A stretch of DNA of 53,965 nucleotides from an uncultured Coriobacteriaceae bacterium (GTDB lineage Bacteria > Actinomycetota > Coriobacteriia > Coriobacteriales > UMGS124), in NCBI GenBank assembly GCA_964510125.1, contig CAZEAF010000003.1, positions 2,039 to 56,003 on the forward strand, given 5' to 3'. Of the stretch, positions 40,807 through 51,073 are shown piece by piece. Below the pieces are notes generated by a model. That model worked only from the letters and a program-made list of their open reading frames with translations, was not told where the DNA came from and ran no database searches. The position numbers and the translations under genes are program-made. Numbering within the stretch: position 1 is the first letter of the stretch; each line of letters begins with the position of its first letter.

Positions 40807-43404
40807 TTAATCCGATGCGCCTGCCTCGTCGCTCACCGGGGTCGCCACCGGGGCCAGGCGCGCGCGACGGGGGCGGGCCGAAGCGTTGGCGTCGGAGATG
40901 CTCTCGCGGTGACGGGGCTCCGGAATCTCGCCCGTGCCGGGGGCAAAGGCGAACTCCCCGTCCTTGACGTCGACGTCGATGACCGATCCGGCGTGCCAGG
41001 TGCCCTCGAGGATCTGCTCGGAGATGGGGTCCTCGAGCAGGGTCTGGATGGCCCGGCGCAGGGGGCGGGCGCCATAGGCGGCGTCGGTGCCCTTCTTGAC
41101 CAGAAGGCGCTTGGCATCCTCGGTCAGGTTGATGGTCATGCCCCGCTCCACCAGCCGGTCGCGCAGGTCGGCCACCAGCAGGTCGGCGATGGAGACCAGC
41201 TGGTCGTTGGTGAGCGACTTGAAGACGATGACGTCGTCGATACGGTTGAGCAGCTCGGGTCTGAAGAGCTTCTTGACCTCGCTCATGACGTTGCGCTTGA
41301 TGGCGTCGTCGTCGAGGCTACCGTCGGTGCGGGCCTCGGCAAAGCCCAACGGCGCCGTCTGGGCAATTTCGCGGGCGCCGACGTTGGAGGTCATGATGAT
41401 GACCGTGTTGCGGAAGTCGACCTTGCGGCCTTGACCGTCGGTGAGACGGCCCTCCTCCAGAATCTGCAGGAGGATGTTGAAGATGTCCGAGTGGGCCTTC
41501 TCAATCTCGTCGAAGAGGACGACCGAGTAGGGCTTTTGGCGGACGGCCTTGGTGAGCTCGCCGCCCTCATCGTAGCCCACGTATCCGGGAGGGGCGCCGA
41601 CCAGGCGGGAGACCGTGTGCTTCTCCATGTACTCGGACATGTCGAAGGTGATGAGGGCGTCCTGGGTGCCGAAGAGGAACTCCGCCAGGGTCTTGGCCAG
41701 CTCGGTCTTGCCCACGCCGGAGGGACCCAGGAAGACAAAGGACCCGTTGGGGCGCCTGGGGTCGCGCAGGCCGGCCCGCGAGCGGCGGATGGCCTTGGAG
41801 ATGGCGGTGACCGCCTCCTCCTGACCGACGATGCGCTCGTGCAGGACGCTCTCCATGCGGAGGAGCTTGGAGGTCTCGGCCTCGGTGAGGTTGGTGACCG
41901 GCACGCCCGTGGACTTGGAGACCACCTGGGCTATGTCGTCGGGCGTGACCTCGGAGACGCTGGCCTTGCCCGCCTCATGCCAGTCCTTCTCCATCTGCTC
42001 GACGGAGGCGGCCAACTCCTTTTCCCGGTCGCGCAGGGTGGCAGCGGCCTCGTAGTCCTGGTCGCCCGCGGCCTTCTCGCGCCTGGCCCGCACCTCTGCC
42101 AGCTCGGCCTCAGCCTCCTCCAGGGCCTGGGGGCGAGGGTTGACGCGAATGTGGATGGAGGCGCCGGCCTGGTCGAGCAGGTCAATAGCCTTGTCGGGCA
42201 GGAAGCGGTCCTGGATATAGCGATTGGACAGGCTCACCGCGGCCTCGATGGCCTCGTCGGTGTAGTGGACGTGGTGGTGCTCCTCGTAGCGGGGGCGCAG
42301 GCCCTCGATAATCTTGAGGGTGTCCTCGACCGTGGGTTCGTCGACCATGACGGTTTGAGTACGGCGGGCGAAGGCGGAGTCCTTCTCGACGTGCTTTCGG
42401 TACTCGTCAATCGTGGTGGCGCCAATCATGTGAATCTCGCCGCGGGACAGGGCCGGCTTGAGGATGGAAGCCGCGTCAAGCGAGCCCTCGGCCGAGCCGG
42501 CACCGATGAGGGTGTGCATCTCATCGATAAAGAGGATGATGGAGGGGTCCTCGCGGACCTCGGCCATGACCCGCTTGAGGCGCTCCTCGAACTCGCCGCG
42601 GTACTTGGCGCCAGCCACCAGGGCTGCTATGTCGAGGGTCCACACACTCTTGTCGTGCAGCATCTCGGGCACGTCACCTGCGGCGATGCGCTGGGCCAAG
42701 CCCTCAACCACGGCCGTCTTGCCCACGCCGGGGTCGCCAATGAGCACGGGGTTGTTCTTAGTGCGGCGGGCCAAGATTTGCATGACCTGCTCGGTCTCAC
42801 GGTCACGGCCCACGACGGGGTCGAGCTTGCCCTCGCGGGCCAGACGGGTCAGGTCACAGCCGTACTCCTTGAGGGACGAGTCCTCCTCGGAGCTGGGGCG
42901 GGGGCCGCCGAAGCCGGTCTGCGGGCCGCCCCCGATGGCTACGCCGGGCAGGACCGGCTGGGGCGGACGCTTGGGCGTGAGCTCCTCGACCGCGCTGCGG
43001 ACGGCGTCGGACGAGACGCCCATGTGGGACAGGGCCTCGAGGGCCACGCCGTTGCCCTCACGCAGGATGCCCAGCAGGAGGTGCTCGGTGGCGATGTAGG
43101 ACTGGTTGGCTGAGATGGACTCGCGCAGGGCGCTCTCCAGGACCCTCTTGGCGCGGGGCGTGAAGGGGATGTGGCCCGCGGGCGTGGGCTCGTCGGACTT
43201 GGACGCCAGCTGCCTGACCTGCTCGAGCGTGGCGTCGTAGGTGACGTCGAGCTTGGCCAGGGCCTTGGCCGCGATGCCGTCGCCCTCGCGGATGAGGCCC
43301 AGGAGCAGGTGCTCGGTCCCCACATACATCTGGCCCAGCTTGCGGGCTTCCTCCTGGGCTAGGACCATGACTTTGCGAGCGCCGTCGGTGAACTTCTCGA
43401 ACAT
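40807..43404 (-). CDS. clpC: ATP-dependent Clp protease ATP-binding subunit ClpC
   Basis: MFEKFT, two Clp_N repeats (TEHLLLG), [19 protein letters not shown]-type coil. Confidence 0.95.
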   Translation of the reverse strand: MFEKFTDGARKVMVLAQEEARKLGQMYVGTEHLLLGLIREGDGIAAKALAKLDVTYDATLEQVRQLASKSDEPTPAGHIPFTPRAKRVLESALRESISANQSYIATEHLLLGILREGNGVALEALSHMGVSSDAVRSAVEELTPKRPPQPVLPGVAIGGGPQTGFGGPRPSSEEDSSLKEYGCDLTRLAREGKLDPVVGRDRETEQVMQILARRTKNNPVLIGDPGVGKTAVVEGLAQRIAAGDVPEMLHDKSVWTLDIAALVAGAKYRGEFEERLKRVMAEVREDPSIILFIDEMHTLIGAGSAEGSLDAASILKPALSRGEIHMIGATTIDEYRKHVEKDSAFARRTQTVMVDEPTVEDTLKIIEGLRPRYEEHHHVHYTDEAIEAAVSLSNRYIQDRFLPDKAIDLLDQAGASIHIRVNPRPQALEEAEAELAEVRARREKAAGDQDYEAAATLRDREKELAASVEQMEKDWHEAGKASVSEVTPDDIAQVVSKSTGVPVTNLTEAETSKLLRMESVLHERIVGQEEAVTAISKAIRRSRAGLRDPRRPNGSFVFLGPSGVGKTELAKTLAEFLFGTQDALITFDMSEYMEKHTVSRLVGAPPGYVGYDEGGELTKAVRQKPYSVVLFDEIEKAHSDIFNILLQILEEGRLTDGQGRKVDFRNTVIIMTSNVGAREIAQTAPLGFAEARTDGSLDDDAIKRNVMSEVKKLFRPELLNRIDDVIVFKSLTNDQLVSIADLLVADLRDRLVERGMTINLTEDAKRLLVKKGTDAAYGARPLRRAIQTLLEDPISEQILEGTWHAGSVIDVDVKDGEFAFAPGTGEIPEPRHRESISDANASARPRRARLAPVATPVSDEAGASD

Positions 43405-43566
43405 GTGGCGTCTCTCCTTTGGTGAATCGGCGTTTCGTCCTTTGTACCCGGGGAAAACAGTCGCAAGACAAGCGCCTGGTATTCGGCCGAGCGGAAAAGC
43501 GCCTCTCCACACGACCTACGCGTGCGAGGAGGCGCTACGGGCGCATCTATCTTATATACCGCGGAC

Positions 43567-44634
43567 CTAGAGGGCGGCGAAGGGGCAGGCCACGTAATGG
43601 CCGGGAGAAACCTCCCTGAGCTCGCAGGTAACGCCCGAGCACTCCTCGCACGCGACCGGGCAGCGGGTGTGGAAGTGGCAGCCGGTGGGCACGTTGAGGG
43701 GGCTGGGCAGCTCGCCCTGGAGGGTCTGACGCTTGGCCAGGGCGTCGGCGTGGGGGTCGGGGATGGGGATGGCCGACAGGAGCGCCTTGGTGTAGGGGTG
43801 CAGGGGGTTCTCGTAGAGCTCGTCGGCCTGGGCCACCTCGACCAGGCGCCCCAGGTACATGACGCCGATGCGGTTGGAGATGTGGCGGACCATGGACAGG
43901 TCATGGGCCACGAAGAGGTAGGTGAGGCCCAGCTCGGCCTGCAGGTCCTCCAGCATGTTGACAACCTGAGCCTGGATGGACACGTCCAAAGCCGAGATGG
44001 GCTCGTCGCAAAGGATGAAGCCGGGCTTGACCGACAGGGCCCGGGCGATGCCTACGCGCTGGCGCTGGCCGCCCGAGAACTCGTAGGCGAACTTGTACAT
44101 GTCGTCGCGGTGGAGGCTGACCTGGTCCAGGATGGCGGCCACCCGGTCGTCGAGCTCGTCGGCAGGAATGCGGTTGCCCACCTTCATGGGCTCGGACACG
44201 ATCTCGCGCACCGTCTGGTGGGGGTCCAGGGACAGGTAGGGGTCCTGGAAGACAATCTGCATGCGGCGGTGGATATCAACGAGCTCCTGGCCCTTGGCAT
44301 GGGTGATGTCATGGCCGTCGAACTCGATGGAGCCCGAGGTGGGGTGGTACATGCGGATGAGGGTGCGGCCCAGGGTGGATTTGCCGCAGCCGGACTCCCC
44401 CACCAGGCCGAAGGTCTCGCCCCGGCGGATGTTGAGAGTCACCTTGTCGACGGCCTGGACAAACCTCTTGGACTGGCCGAAGAAGGTCCGCACCGGGAAG
44501 TACTTGCACAGGTCCTTGGCACGCAGGATGTAGTCCTCTGAGGGCTTGGCCTTGCCGGGGGCGGGGGCAGGCCCGACGGACGTGGGAGCCGCGGCCTTTG
44601 CTGACGCGTCCTGCTTGATGGTGGTCTGGCTCAC
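43567..44634 (-). CDS. Peptide/nickel ABC transporter ATP-binding protein (OppF/DppF-like)
   Basis: [31 protein letters not shown]. Confidence 0.93.
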   Translation of the reverse strand: MSQTTIKQDASAKAAAPTSVGPAPAPGKAKPSEDYILRAKDLCKYFPVRTFFGQSKRFVQAVDKVTLNIRRGETFGLVGESGCGKSTLGRTLIRMYHPTSGSIEFDGHDITHAKGQELVDIHRRMQIVFQDPYLSLDPHQTVREIVSEPMKVGNRIPADELDDRVAAILDQVSLHRDDMYKFAYEFSGGQRQRVGIARALSVKPGFILCDEPISALDVSIQAQVVNMLEDLQAELGLTYLFVAHDLSMVRHISNRIGVMYLGRLVEVAQADELYENPLHPYTKALLSAIPIPDPHADALAKRQTLQGELPSPLNVPTGCHFHTRCPVACEECSGVTCELREVSPGHYVACPFAAL

Positions 44635-45689
44635 TGTGCGGCCTCCTCATGCTTGGCGTCGAGCTGGGCGGCTGAGAACACGCACCGGGCGCGCTGCTCT
44701 CCCTCGTAATCAATGAAGCCCGGCATGGCGGCGGTGCAGGCCTTCGCAGTAAAGGAACAACGCTCGGCAAAGGGGCAGCCGGCGGGCGGGTTGGCCAGCG
44801 AGGGGGCGGAGCCCGGGATGGCCACCAGGCGGCCCTTGCGACCGTCAGGGTTGGGCACGGCGCTCAGGAGGGCCCGCGTGTAGGGGTGCCTTGGCTCGTA
44901 GAAGATCTGGTCGACCGAGCCGTACTCCATGACCAGGCCGCCGTACATGACCGCCACCCGGTTGCAGAGGCTGGCCACGACGCCCAGGTCATGGGTGATG
45001 AGGATGACGCTCATGTTCTCCTCGACCGACAGGCGCTTGAGCAGGTCGAGGATTTGGGCCTGGATGGTGACGTCCAAGGCCGTCGTGGGCTCGTCGGCAA
45101 TGAGCAGGCGGGGCTGGCAGCACAGGGCCATGGCGATGAGGACGCGCTGGCGCATGCCGCCCGAGAACTCGTAGGGGTACTGCTTGAGCCGGCTCTCGGC
45201 CGAGGGGATGCCCACCAGGTTGAGGACGCGGATGGCCTCCTGCCTGGCCTCGGCCCCCTTGAGGCCGCGGTGGCGCTTGAGGACCTCGAAGAGGTGGGAG
45301 CCGATAGTCTTGACCGGGTCGAGCGAGGTCATGGGGTCCTGGAAGATCATGGCAATCTCGGGCCCGCGCATGCGGCGCTGCTCCTCCTCGGACATTGCCA
45401 GCATGTCGCGGCCGTCGAAGACAATCTTGTCTGCCTCGACGTCGGCGTTCTTGGGCATGAGGCCCATGACCGACTTCATGGTGACGCTCTTGCCAGACCC
45501 CGACTCGCCCACAACCGCCAAGAAGTCTCCGTCGTAGACGGTGAGGTCGACGCCGCGCACCGCCTCGACCAGGCGGTGGTGGGAGTGGAAGGTGGTCTTG
45601 AGGCCGCGGACCTCGAGCAGGGGCGTGGGCTGGCCCTTCTCTGCCTGCTGAGAGGGAGCTGCGGCGGCGGTCTTGCTGCTGTCTGCCAT
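44631..45689 (-). CDS. Peptide/nickel ABC transporter ATP-binding protein (OppD/DppD-like)
   Basis: [28 protein letters not shown]; start MADSSK at 45689. Confidence 0.93.
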   Translation of the reverse strand: MADSSKTAAAAPSQQAEKGQPTPLLEVRGLKTTFHSHHRLVEAVRGVDLTVYDGDFLAVVGESGSGKSVTMKSVMGLMPKNADVEADKIVFDGRDMLAMSEEEQRRMRGPEIAMIFQDPMTSLDPVKTIGSHLFEVLKRHRGLKGAEARQEAIRVLNLVGIPSAESRLKQYPYEFSGGMRQRVLIAMALCCQPRLLIADEPTTALDVTIQAQILDLLKRLSVEENMSVILITHDLGVVASLCNRVAVMYGGLVMEYGSVDQIFYEPRHPYTRALLSAVPNPDGRKGRLVAIPGSAPSLANPPAGCPFAERCSFTAKACTAAMPGFIDYEGEQRARCVFSAAQLDAKHEEAAQ

Positions 45690-45691
45690 TG

Positions 45692-46597
45692 CTACATCCT
45701 CTCTTCGCTCATGACCTGGGGGTCTGCGAACACGCGCATGATGTTGCCCAGCTTGTTGAAGGCAAAGATGACGATGACAATCAGAAGGCCCGGGATGATG
45801 GCCATGTAGATGTCGTTCTGCATGTACTGCTGGGCGTCCTGAAGCATGGAGCCCCAGGAGCTCATGGGCTGCTGCACGCCCACGCCCAGGAAGGACAGGG
45901 AGGACTCGGTCATGATGGCGCTGGCCAGCGAGGTCGTGGAGGCGGTGATAATCGTGGGCAAGGCCGAGGGGATGATGTGGCGCAGGATGACTCGGGGCGT
46001 GGACACGCCGCAGAGCTTGGCGTACTGGACGAAGTCGCGCTCCTTGATGGACTGGGTCTCGGTGCGAACCAGACGGGCAATCTCCATCCAGCTGAAGAGG
46101 CCGATGACCAAGATGATGGAGGTCAGGCCGGGCTTGAGGAAGATGCTGACGACGGTGACCAGGACCAGCCAGGGCACGGAGGACAGGACGTCGACGATGC
46201 GCATGAGGATGGCGTCGACGATACCGCCCAGAAGGCCGGCAACCGTGCCGACCAGGATGCCGATGGCCAGGCTGGTGAGCATGGCCAGTACGCCGACGAG
46301 AAGCGAGACCCGGCCGCCGTAGAGGACACGGGCCAGGTAGTCGCGACCCAGCTGGTCGGTGCCGAAGAGGTGCTCGGAGCTGGGCGGGGCCAGCCGGTTG
46401 GCCACGTCGGTGGAGTTGGGGTCGAAGGGAAGCAGGGGCGCGATCAGGCAGCACGCGACGATGAAGACCAGAAGGATCAGCATGACGATGGCGCTCTTGT
46501 CGCGCTTGAAGGCGGTCCAGGCCGCCTGCGACCGGGTGTGCTTGTGCTCGGCCACGATGGAGCTGGCCTCGGCGGAAAGCTTCTTCTTTGCCATCAC
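45692..46597 (-). CDS. Peptide/nickel ABC transporter permease (OppC/DppC-like)
   Basis: HLFGTDQLGRD, RHIIP, ESSLSFLG, SWG. Confidence 0.93.
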   Translation of the reverse strand: MMAKKKLSAEASSIVAEHKHTRSQAAWTAFKRDKSAIVMLILLVFIVACCLIAPLLPFDPNSTDVANRLAPPSSEHLFGTDQLGRDYLARVLYGGRVSLLVGVLAMLTSLAIGILVGTVAGLLGGIVDAILMRIVDVLSSVPWLVLVTVVSIFLKPGLTSIILVIGLFSWMEIARLVRTETQSIKERDFVQYAKLCGVSTPRVILRHIIPSALPTIITASTTSLASAIMTESSLSFLGVGVQQPMSSWGSMLQDAQQYMQNDIYMAIIPGLLIVIVIFAFNKLGNIMRVFADPQVMSEERM

Positions 46598-47556
46598 TGA
46601 GCACCTCCCTGACCGGCGCGAATCCGCGGGTCGGCAAGCGCATTGAGGATGTCGGCGAGCAGGTTGCCCAGGATGACGAGGGTGGAGGACATGATGAGGA
46701 TGGCCATGACAATCGGGTAGTCCATGCCCTTGATGGCGGTCATGAAGTAGGGCCCGACGCCCGGCCAGGAGAAGATGGTCTCGGTGATGATGGCTCCCGT
46801 GACCAGCATGGGCAGGGCCATGCCCAGGCGGGTGAGCACGGGGCCCAGGACGTTGCGGACGATGTGCTTGAACATAATCTGCGTGCGGGAGGCGCCGAAG
46901 GCCTTCTGCACCATGACATAGTCCTGGTTGGACTGGGTGATGGCGCTGGAGCGGACGTAGCGCAGGTTGTCGGGCAGGAAGGCGATGGTGAGCGTGATGA
47001 AGGGCAAGATGTAGTGCCTTAAGACGTCCAGGAAAGACCCGTCGCCCACCGTCTGCATGCCCACGATGGGAAGGGCCCGGAGCAGGTAGCCAAAGACGAA
47101 GATGAGCAGCATGGCCAGCCAGAAGGAGGGCACCGCGATGAGGACCGAGGCTATGCCGTCGATGGCGTGGTCGAGCTTGGAGCCGCGATGGGTGCCGGCG
47201 ACCAGGCCCAAGACGATGGCGGTGACATAGGCCACCAGGTAGCTGGGCAGGACCAACAGGATGGTGTTGGGGATGCGCGCAGCCAGCTGTTCGGCGATGG
47301 ACTGCTTGTTCACGATGGAGTAGCCCAGGTTGCCGGTGAACAGGCCGCCCAGCCAGTTCAGGTATTGGATGTAGACCGGCTGGTCGTAGCCGTACTTGGC
47401 CTTGATGGCAGCGATGGTCTCCTCGCTCATCTTGGGCGTCGTCATAGCGTCGATGGCGTCATAAGGAGCGGCGTTCATGAGCAGGAAGACGATGATGGTG
47501 ATTACGAGCAACAGCGGAATCGCCACCAGCAGTCGCCTGCCGATGTACTTGGCCAC
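46594..47556 (-). CDS. Peptide/nickel ABC transporter permease (OppB/DppB-like)
   Basis: GYDQPVYIQY, PSFW, ETIFSWPGVG, DYP, DPRIR. Confidence 0.93.
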   Translation of the reverse strand: MAKYIGRRLLVAIPLLLVITIIVFLLMNAAPYDAIDAMTTPKMSEETIAAIKAKYGYDQPVYIQYLNWLGGLFTGNLGYSIVNKQSIAEQLAARIPNTILLVLPSYLVAYVTAIVLGLVAGTHRGSKLDHAIDGIASVLIAVPSFWLAMLLIFVFGYLLRALPIVGMQTVGDGSFLDVLRHYILPFITLTIAFLPDNLRYVRSSAITQSNQDYVMVQKAFGASRTQIMFKHIVRNVLGPVLTRLGMALPMLVTGAIITETIFSWPGVGPYFMTAIKGMDYPIVMAILIMSSTLVILGNLLADILNALADPRIRAGQGGAQ

Positions 47557-47634
47557 GAGTCAACTCCTCCCCTTTAGCCCCGCGCATGACCGCAAGGCAG
47601 TCTCCGAGCAAAAAAGCACAACCATAAAATAAGC

Positions 47635-47682
47635 AAAAGGGGTCACATGGCTGCGGCAGATCCGTGCGTACCATGCGACCCC
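47635..47682 (-). terminator. Hairpin plus T-run between SBP gene and permeases
   Basis: GGGGTCGCATGG/CCATGTGACCCC plus TTTT; typical of stem-loops that boost SBP mRNA over permease mRNA. Confidence 0.6.
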
Positions 47683-47763
47683 CATAACACCCTACGCGTC
47701 GCCGCCGGTCTGCCACCATCCGCCGGCGCCCGCCCTCATGCCCCTCAGGAGAGGGGGACAGGC

Positions 47764-49350
47764 CTAGTCGATGTCCAGCTTGGACAGGTCCTCGAACGTG
47801 TAGACAGGGACGAGCTTGGCCTCATCGATGTTCTTGACGTTGTTGGTGGTGACCAGCAGGCGCTTGTTGGAGTAGAGCGGGTAGAAGGCGCCCGTGTCCT
47901 GGATGGCTGCCTGCAGGTCGGTGTAAATCTGCTTGCGCTTGTCGGGGTCGAGCTCGTTGTCGCCCTGGTTGAAGAGGTCGTCAATCTCGGGATAGGCGTC
48001 GCCCCAGTGCATGTAGTTCCACGCAGCCGTGGAGTAGAAGAGCGGCTTGAAGGTGGAGGGGTCGATGCCCATGATGTAGCCGCCGAAGTACAGGTCGTAC
48101 TCGTTGTCCTCCTTGACCATGGCGTTGAACAGGGCCGTGGACTCAACGGACTGGATGGTGAGGGTGATGCCGGCCTCGGCCGCTTGCTCCTGCATCATGA
48201 GGGCCCCGGTCTCGCTCAGGGTGTTACCCGAGTCGTAGGCGATGGTGAAGGTGGGGTTGGTCATGCCGGCCTCGGACAGGAGCTGCTTTGCCTTGTCGAG
48301 ATCGCGCTCGTACTTCTCGACGGCGTCGGGCGCGTAGAACTCGCTGACGGTGGGCAGGAAGGTGTACTCGGCGTCGTAATACTCGGGGTCGAGCAGGGCG
48401 GCGTTGCAGATGGCCGCCTTGTCGAAGGAGTAGAGGATGGCCTTGCGGACGTTCTCGTCGGTGACGCGCTGGCAGTTGATGGCCAGGTAGGCCACGCGAC
48501 CCTCGGAGTAGGGGGTCACGACCAGGCCATTGGCTTCGATGCTCATCTGCTGGACCTCGGCGGGCGTGCCAATCCAAGCGTTGACCTCGCCGGCCTGGAT
48601 GGCCTGCATGCCGGTGTTCTCGTTGGTGATGATCTGGAAGACGACGTTGTCGATGTTGGGCTTGCCCAGGAAGTAGTCCTCGTTGGCCGTGAAGCTCAGG
48701 TACTGGCCAATCTTGTACTCGTCGAGCTTGTAGGGGCCGGTGCCCACGGACTCGGCGTCGTTCTGCTCCCAGTCGGTCACGCCCTCGAAGACATGCTTGG
48801 GCATGATGAAGCCCTGGGAGAGCATCTCGTCGGCGTTGGGCATGGCGTGCGGGAAGGTGAACTTGACCGTGAGGTCATCGACTTTCTCGATAGCGACCTT
48901 GCCGTCGTCGTAGACCAGCTGGGAGTACTGGTTGGCCTCCTCGGTGGACTCGATGGCCTCGTAGGTGAAGACAACGTCGTCGGCCGTGAAGGGCTCGCCG
49001 TCATGCCACTTGACGCCCTCGTGCAGATGGACGGTGATGGTCGTGCCGTCCTCGGAAGCGTCGTAGGAGTCGGCCAGGAAGTAGTTGATGCCGTCGGCGT
49101 TGTACATCCACAGGGGCGAGAAGACCAGCTTGAGGGTCATGAGGCCATAGCGGTCGCTCGTGGTGATGACGTTGGGCGTCGTGGACGGGTCGCCGGCGAT
49201 GGCGTAGGTGAAGGTCTTGCCGTCACTGGCCAGGGCGAAGTCAGCGTCGGAGGCGGAGAGGCCCAAGCCTGCAAGCAGGGCGGCGACGCCGGTGGCGGCC
49301 ATACCCTTGGCAAAGGCGCGGCGGGAGACGTTGGCAGGTTCAAAGTCCAT
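47764..49350 (-). CDS. ABC transporter substrate-binding protein, family 5, with Tat-like signal
   Basis: LHEGVKWHDGEPFTADDVVFT, GTGPYKL; N-terminal SRRAFAK; ATG at 49350 after AAAGGA. Confidence 0.92.
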   Translation of the reverse strand: MDFEPANVSRRAFAKGMAATGVAALLAGLGLSASDADFALASDGKTFTYAIAGDPSTTPNVITTSDRYGLMTLKLVFSPLWMYNADGINYFLADSYDASEDGTTITVHLHEGVKWHDGEPFTADDVVFTYEAIESTEEANQYSQLVYDDGKVAIEKVDDLTVKFTFPHAMPNADEMLSQGFIMPKHVFEGVTDWEQNDAESVGTGPYKLDEYKIGQYLSFTANEDYFLGKPNIDNVVFQIITNENTGMQAIQAGEVNAWIGTPAEVQQMSIEANGLVVTPYSEGRVAYLAINCQRVTDENVRKAILYSFDKAAICNAALLDPEYYDAEYTFLPTVSEFYAPDAVEKYERDLDKAKQLLSEAGMTNPTFTIAYDSGNTLSETGALMMQEQAAEAGITLTIQSVESTALFNAMVKEDNEYDLYFGGYIMGIDPSTFKPLFYSTAAWNYMHWGDAYPEIDDLFNQGDNELDPDKRKQIYTDLQAAIQDTGAFYPLYSNKRLLVTTNNVKNIDEAKLVPVYTFEDLSKLDID

Positions 49351-49537
49351 GGGGCGGTCCTTTCGTTGTGGCACAATCACTTCCGGTGATGGGACGACCT
49401 CGGGGGAAGGGGACGACCTTCCTCGTCGGCTAGCCCCACACTTTACCTCATTAGAGCACTCGAGTGGCACTTTTCGGGTGTGTGGCGCGAATCTAATGTC
49501 CTATGACCCGCTATCGGTTACGGCGATAGCAAACCAA

Positions 49538-50968
49538 TTAGGCCTGCTCGCTGCATCCCTTGCCGTCGTGGTCGCGGTGGTGGTGGCCGCAGTCGCAGTC
49601 GTCATCGCAGCCGCAGTCCTCATCGCAGCAGCAGTCGCCCTCGACTTCGTAGCCCAGCCGCTCGGCCAGCTCGGCGGCCAGGTCGTCGCGGTCGACCAGG
49701 GTCTCCTCGTGGGACCCCATGTCGCGAATCTTGGCCTTGCCGGCAGCCACCTCGTCGGGACCGAGCACGACGACCACCGAGGCGGCCAGCTTGTCGGCCT
49801 GCTTGAACTGGCTCTTGAGCGAGCGGCCCTGGCGGTCGGCCTCCACGATGAAACCCGTGTCGCGCAGGTCCTGAGTCAGGGCGAACGCCTGGGGGGCCAC
49901 GTCGGGCTCGGCCACGGCCACGTACACGTCGGGGGTTATGGGCTGGGGCAGGTCGGCCCCGCAGGCCTGCATGGCTAGGACCATGCGCTCGTAGCCGGCC
50001 GCAAAACCAACGCAGGGCGTGGGCTTGCCGCCCGAGACCTCGAAGAGCTTGTCGTAACGCCCACCGCCACCGATGGCGTTCTGGGCGCCCAAACCGTCGA
50101 CGACCTGGACCTCGAAAACCGTGCGGGTGTAGTAGTCCAGACCGCGGACTAGGCGCGGGTCCTCCTCGTAAGCGATGCCCTGGGCGTCCAGATAGGCCTT
50201 GACCTGGGCATAGTGGGCGCGACAGTCGTCGCAGAGGGCGTCAGTGATCCTGGGGGCCCCGTCCATGACCCGCCGGCAGCCCTCGTTTTTGCAGTCAAAG
50301 CCACGCAGGGGGTTGGTGTCGGCGCGGACCCGGCACTCCTCACAGAGCTCGTCCTCGTGGGCATGCATGTAGGCGCTCACCGAGTCACGGTAGGCCGGGC
50401 GGCACGCGTCGTCGCCCATGGAGTTGATGAGCAGGCGAACCGAGGACCTGTCGATGCCCAGCTGCTCAACGAGGCGCATGAACATGATGATGGTCTCGGC
50501 GTCGGCGGCGGGGTCGGCTGTGCCCAGGTACTCCACGCCAATCTGGTGGAACTCGCGCAGACGCCCCTTCTGGGGACGCTCGGCGCGAAACATCGGGCCC
50601 GCATACCAGAGCTTAGCGGGGGCGCCGCCCGGCACGACCAGGCTGTGCTCGATGGACGCGCGTACGACGCCAGCGGTGCCCTCGGGGCGCAAGGCCAGGC
50701 GCTGGGCGTCCTTGAGCTCAGAGGCCTTGCCCTCCCCCACCTTGGCGTAGGCGTCGGGCGACAGGGCCGTGAACATCTCCTTGCGGACGACGTCGGTAGA
50801 GGTGCCCAAGCCGTGGACGAAGACGTCGGCCTGCTCGAAGAGGGGGGTCTCGATTGGGGCAAAGCCGTAGGTCATGAAGAGCGACGAGGCCGTGTCGCGC
50901 ATGTAGCTCCAGGTGAGGGCGTCCGTGCCGATAAGGTCCTCCGTGCCGCGGGGTTTGGTGATGGGCAT
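49538..50968 (-). CDS. hisS: Histidine--tRNA ligase with Cys/His-rich C-terminal tail
   Basis: PRGTED, LRPEGTA, FRAERPQKGRLREFHQ, RGLDYY, GGGRYD. Confidence 0.98.
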   Translation of the reverse strand: MPITKPRGTEDLIGTDALTWSYMRDTASSLFMTYGFAPIETPLFEQADVFVHGLGTSTDVVRKEMFTALSPDAYAKVGEGKASELKDAQRLALRPEGTAGVVRASIEHSLVVPGGAPAKLWYAGPMFRAERPQKGRLREFHQIGVEYLGTADPAADAETIIMFMRLVEQLGIDRSSVRLLINSMGDDACRPAYRDSVSAYMHAHEDELCEECRVRADTNPLRGFDCKNEGCRRVMDGAPRITDALCDDCRAHYAQVKAYLDAQGIAYEEDPRLVRGLDYYTRTVFEVQVVDGLGAQNAIGGGGRYDKLFEVSGGKPTPCVGFAAGYERMVLAMQACGADLPQPITPDVYVAVAEPDVAPQAFALTQDLRDTGFIVEADRQGRSLKSQFKQADKLAASVVVVLGPDEVAAGKAKIRDMGSHEETLVDRDDLAAELAERLGYEVEGDCCCDEDCGCDDDCDCGHHHRDHDGKGCSEQA

Positions 50969-51073
50969 GTCTGCTGGCTCCTTTATGCCTGCCGGCAGGC
51001 CCGCCGGCGGCCGATGGTCGTGAATCGGATTTCGCGCGCGCCATGATAGCAGGCAGGCGTGGCGGCAGTGCGG

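Noticed and set aside
44631-46712. 693-aa ORF suggesting a long N-terminal fusion to the ABC ATPase
   Set aside because: The upstream part is an off-frame overlap with the permease gene. The real start is MADSSK at 45689 with an SD.
49449-49470. TTAGAGCACTCGAGTG resembling CIRCE half-sites
   Set aside because: Lacks the TTAGCACTC-N9-GAGTGCTAA spacing and sequence, and is not upstream of a chaperone gene.
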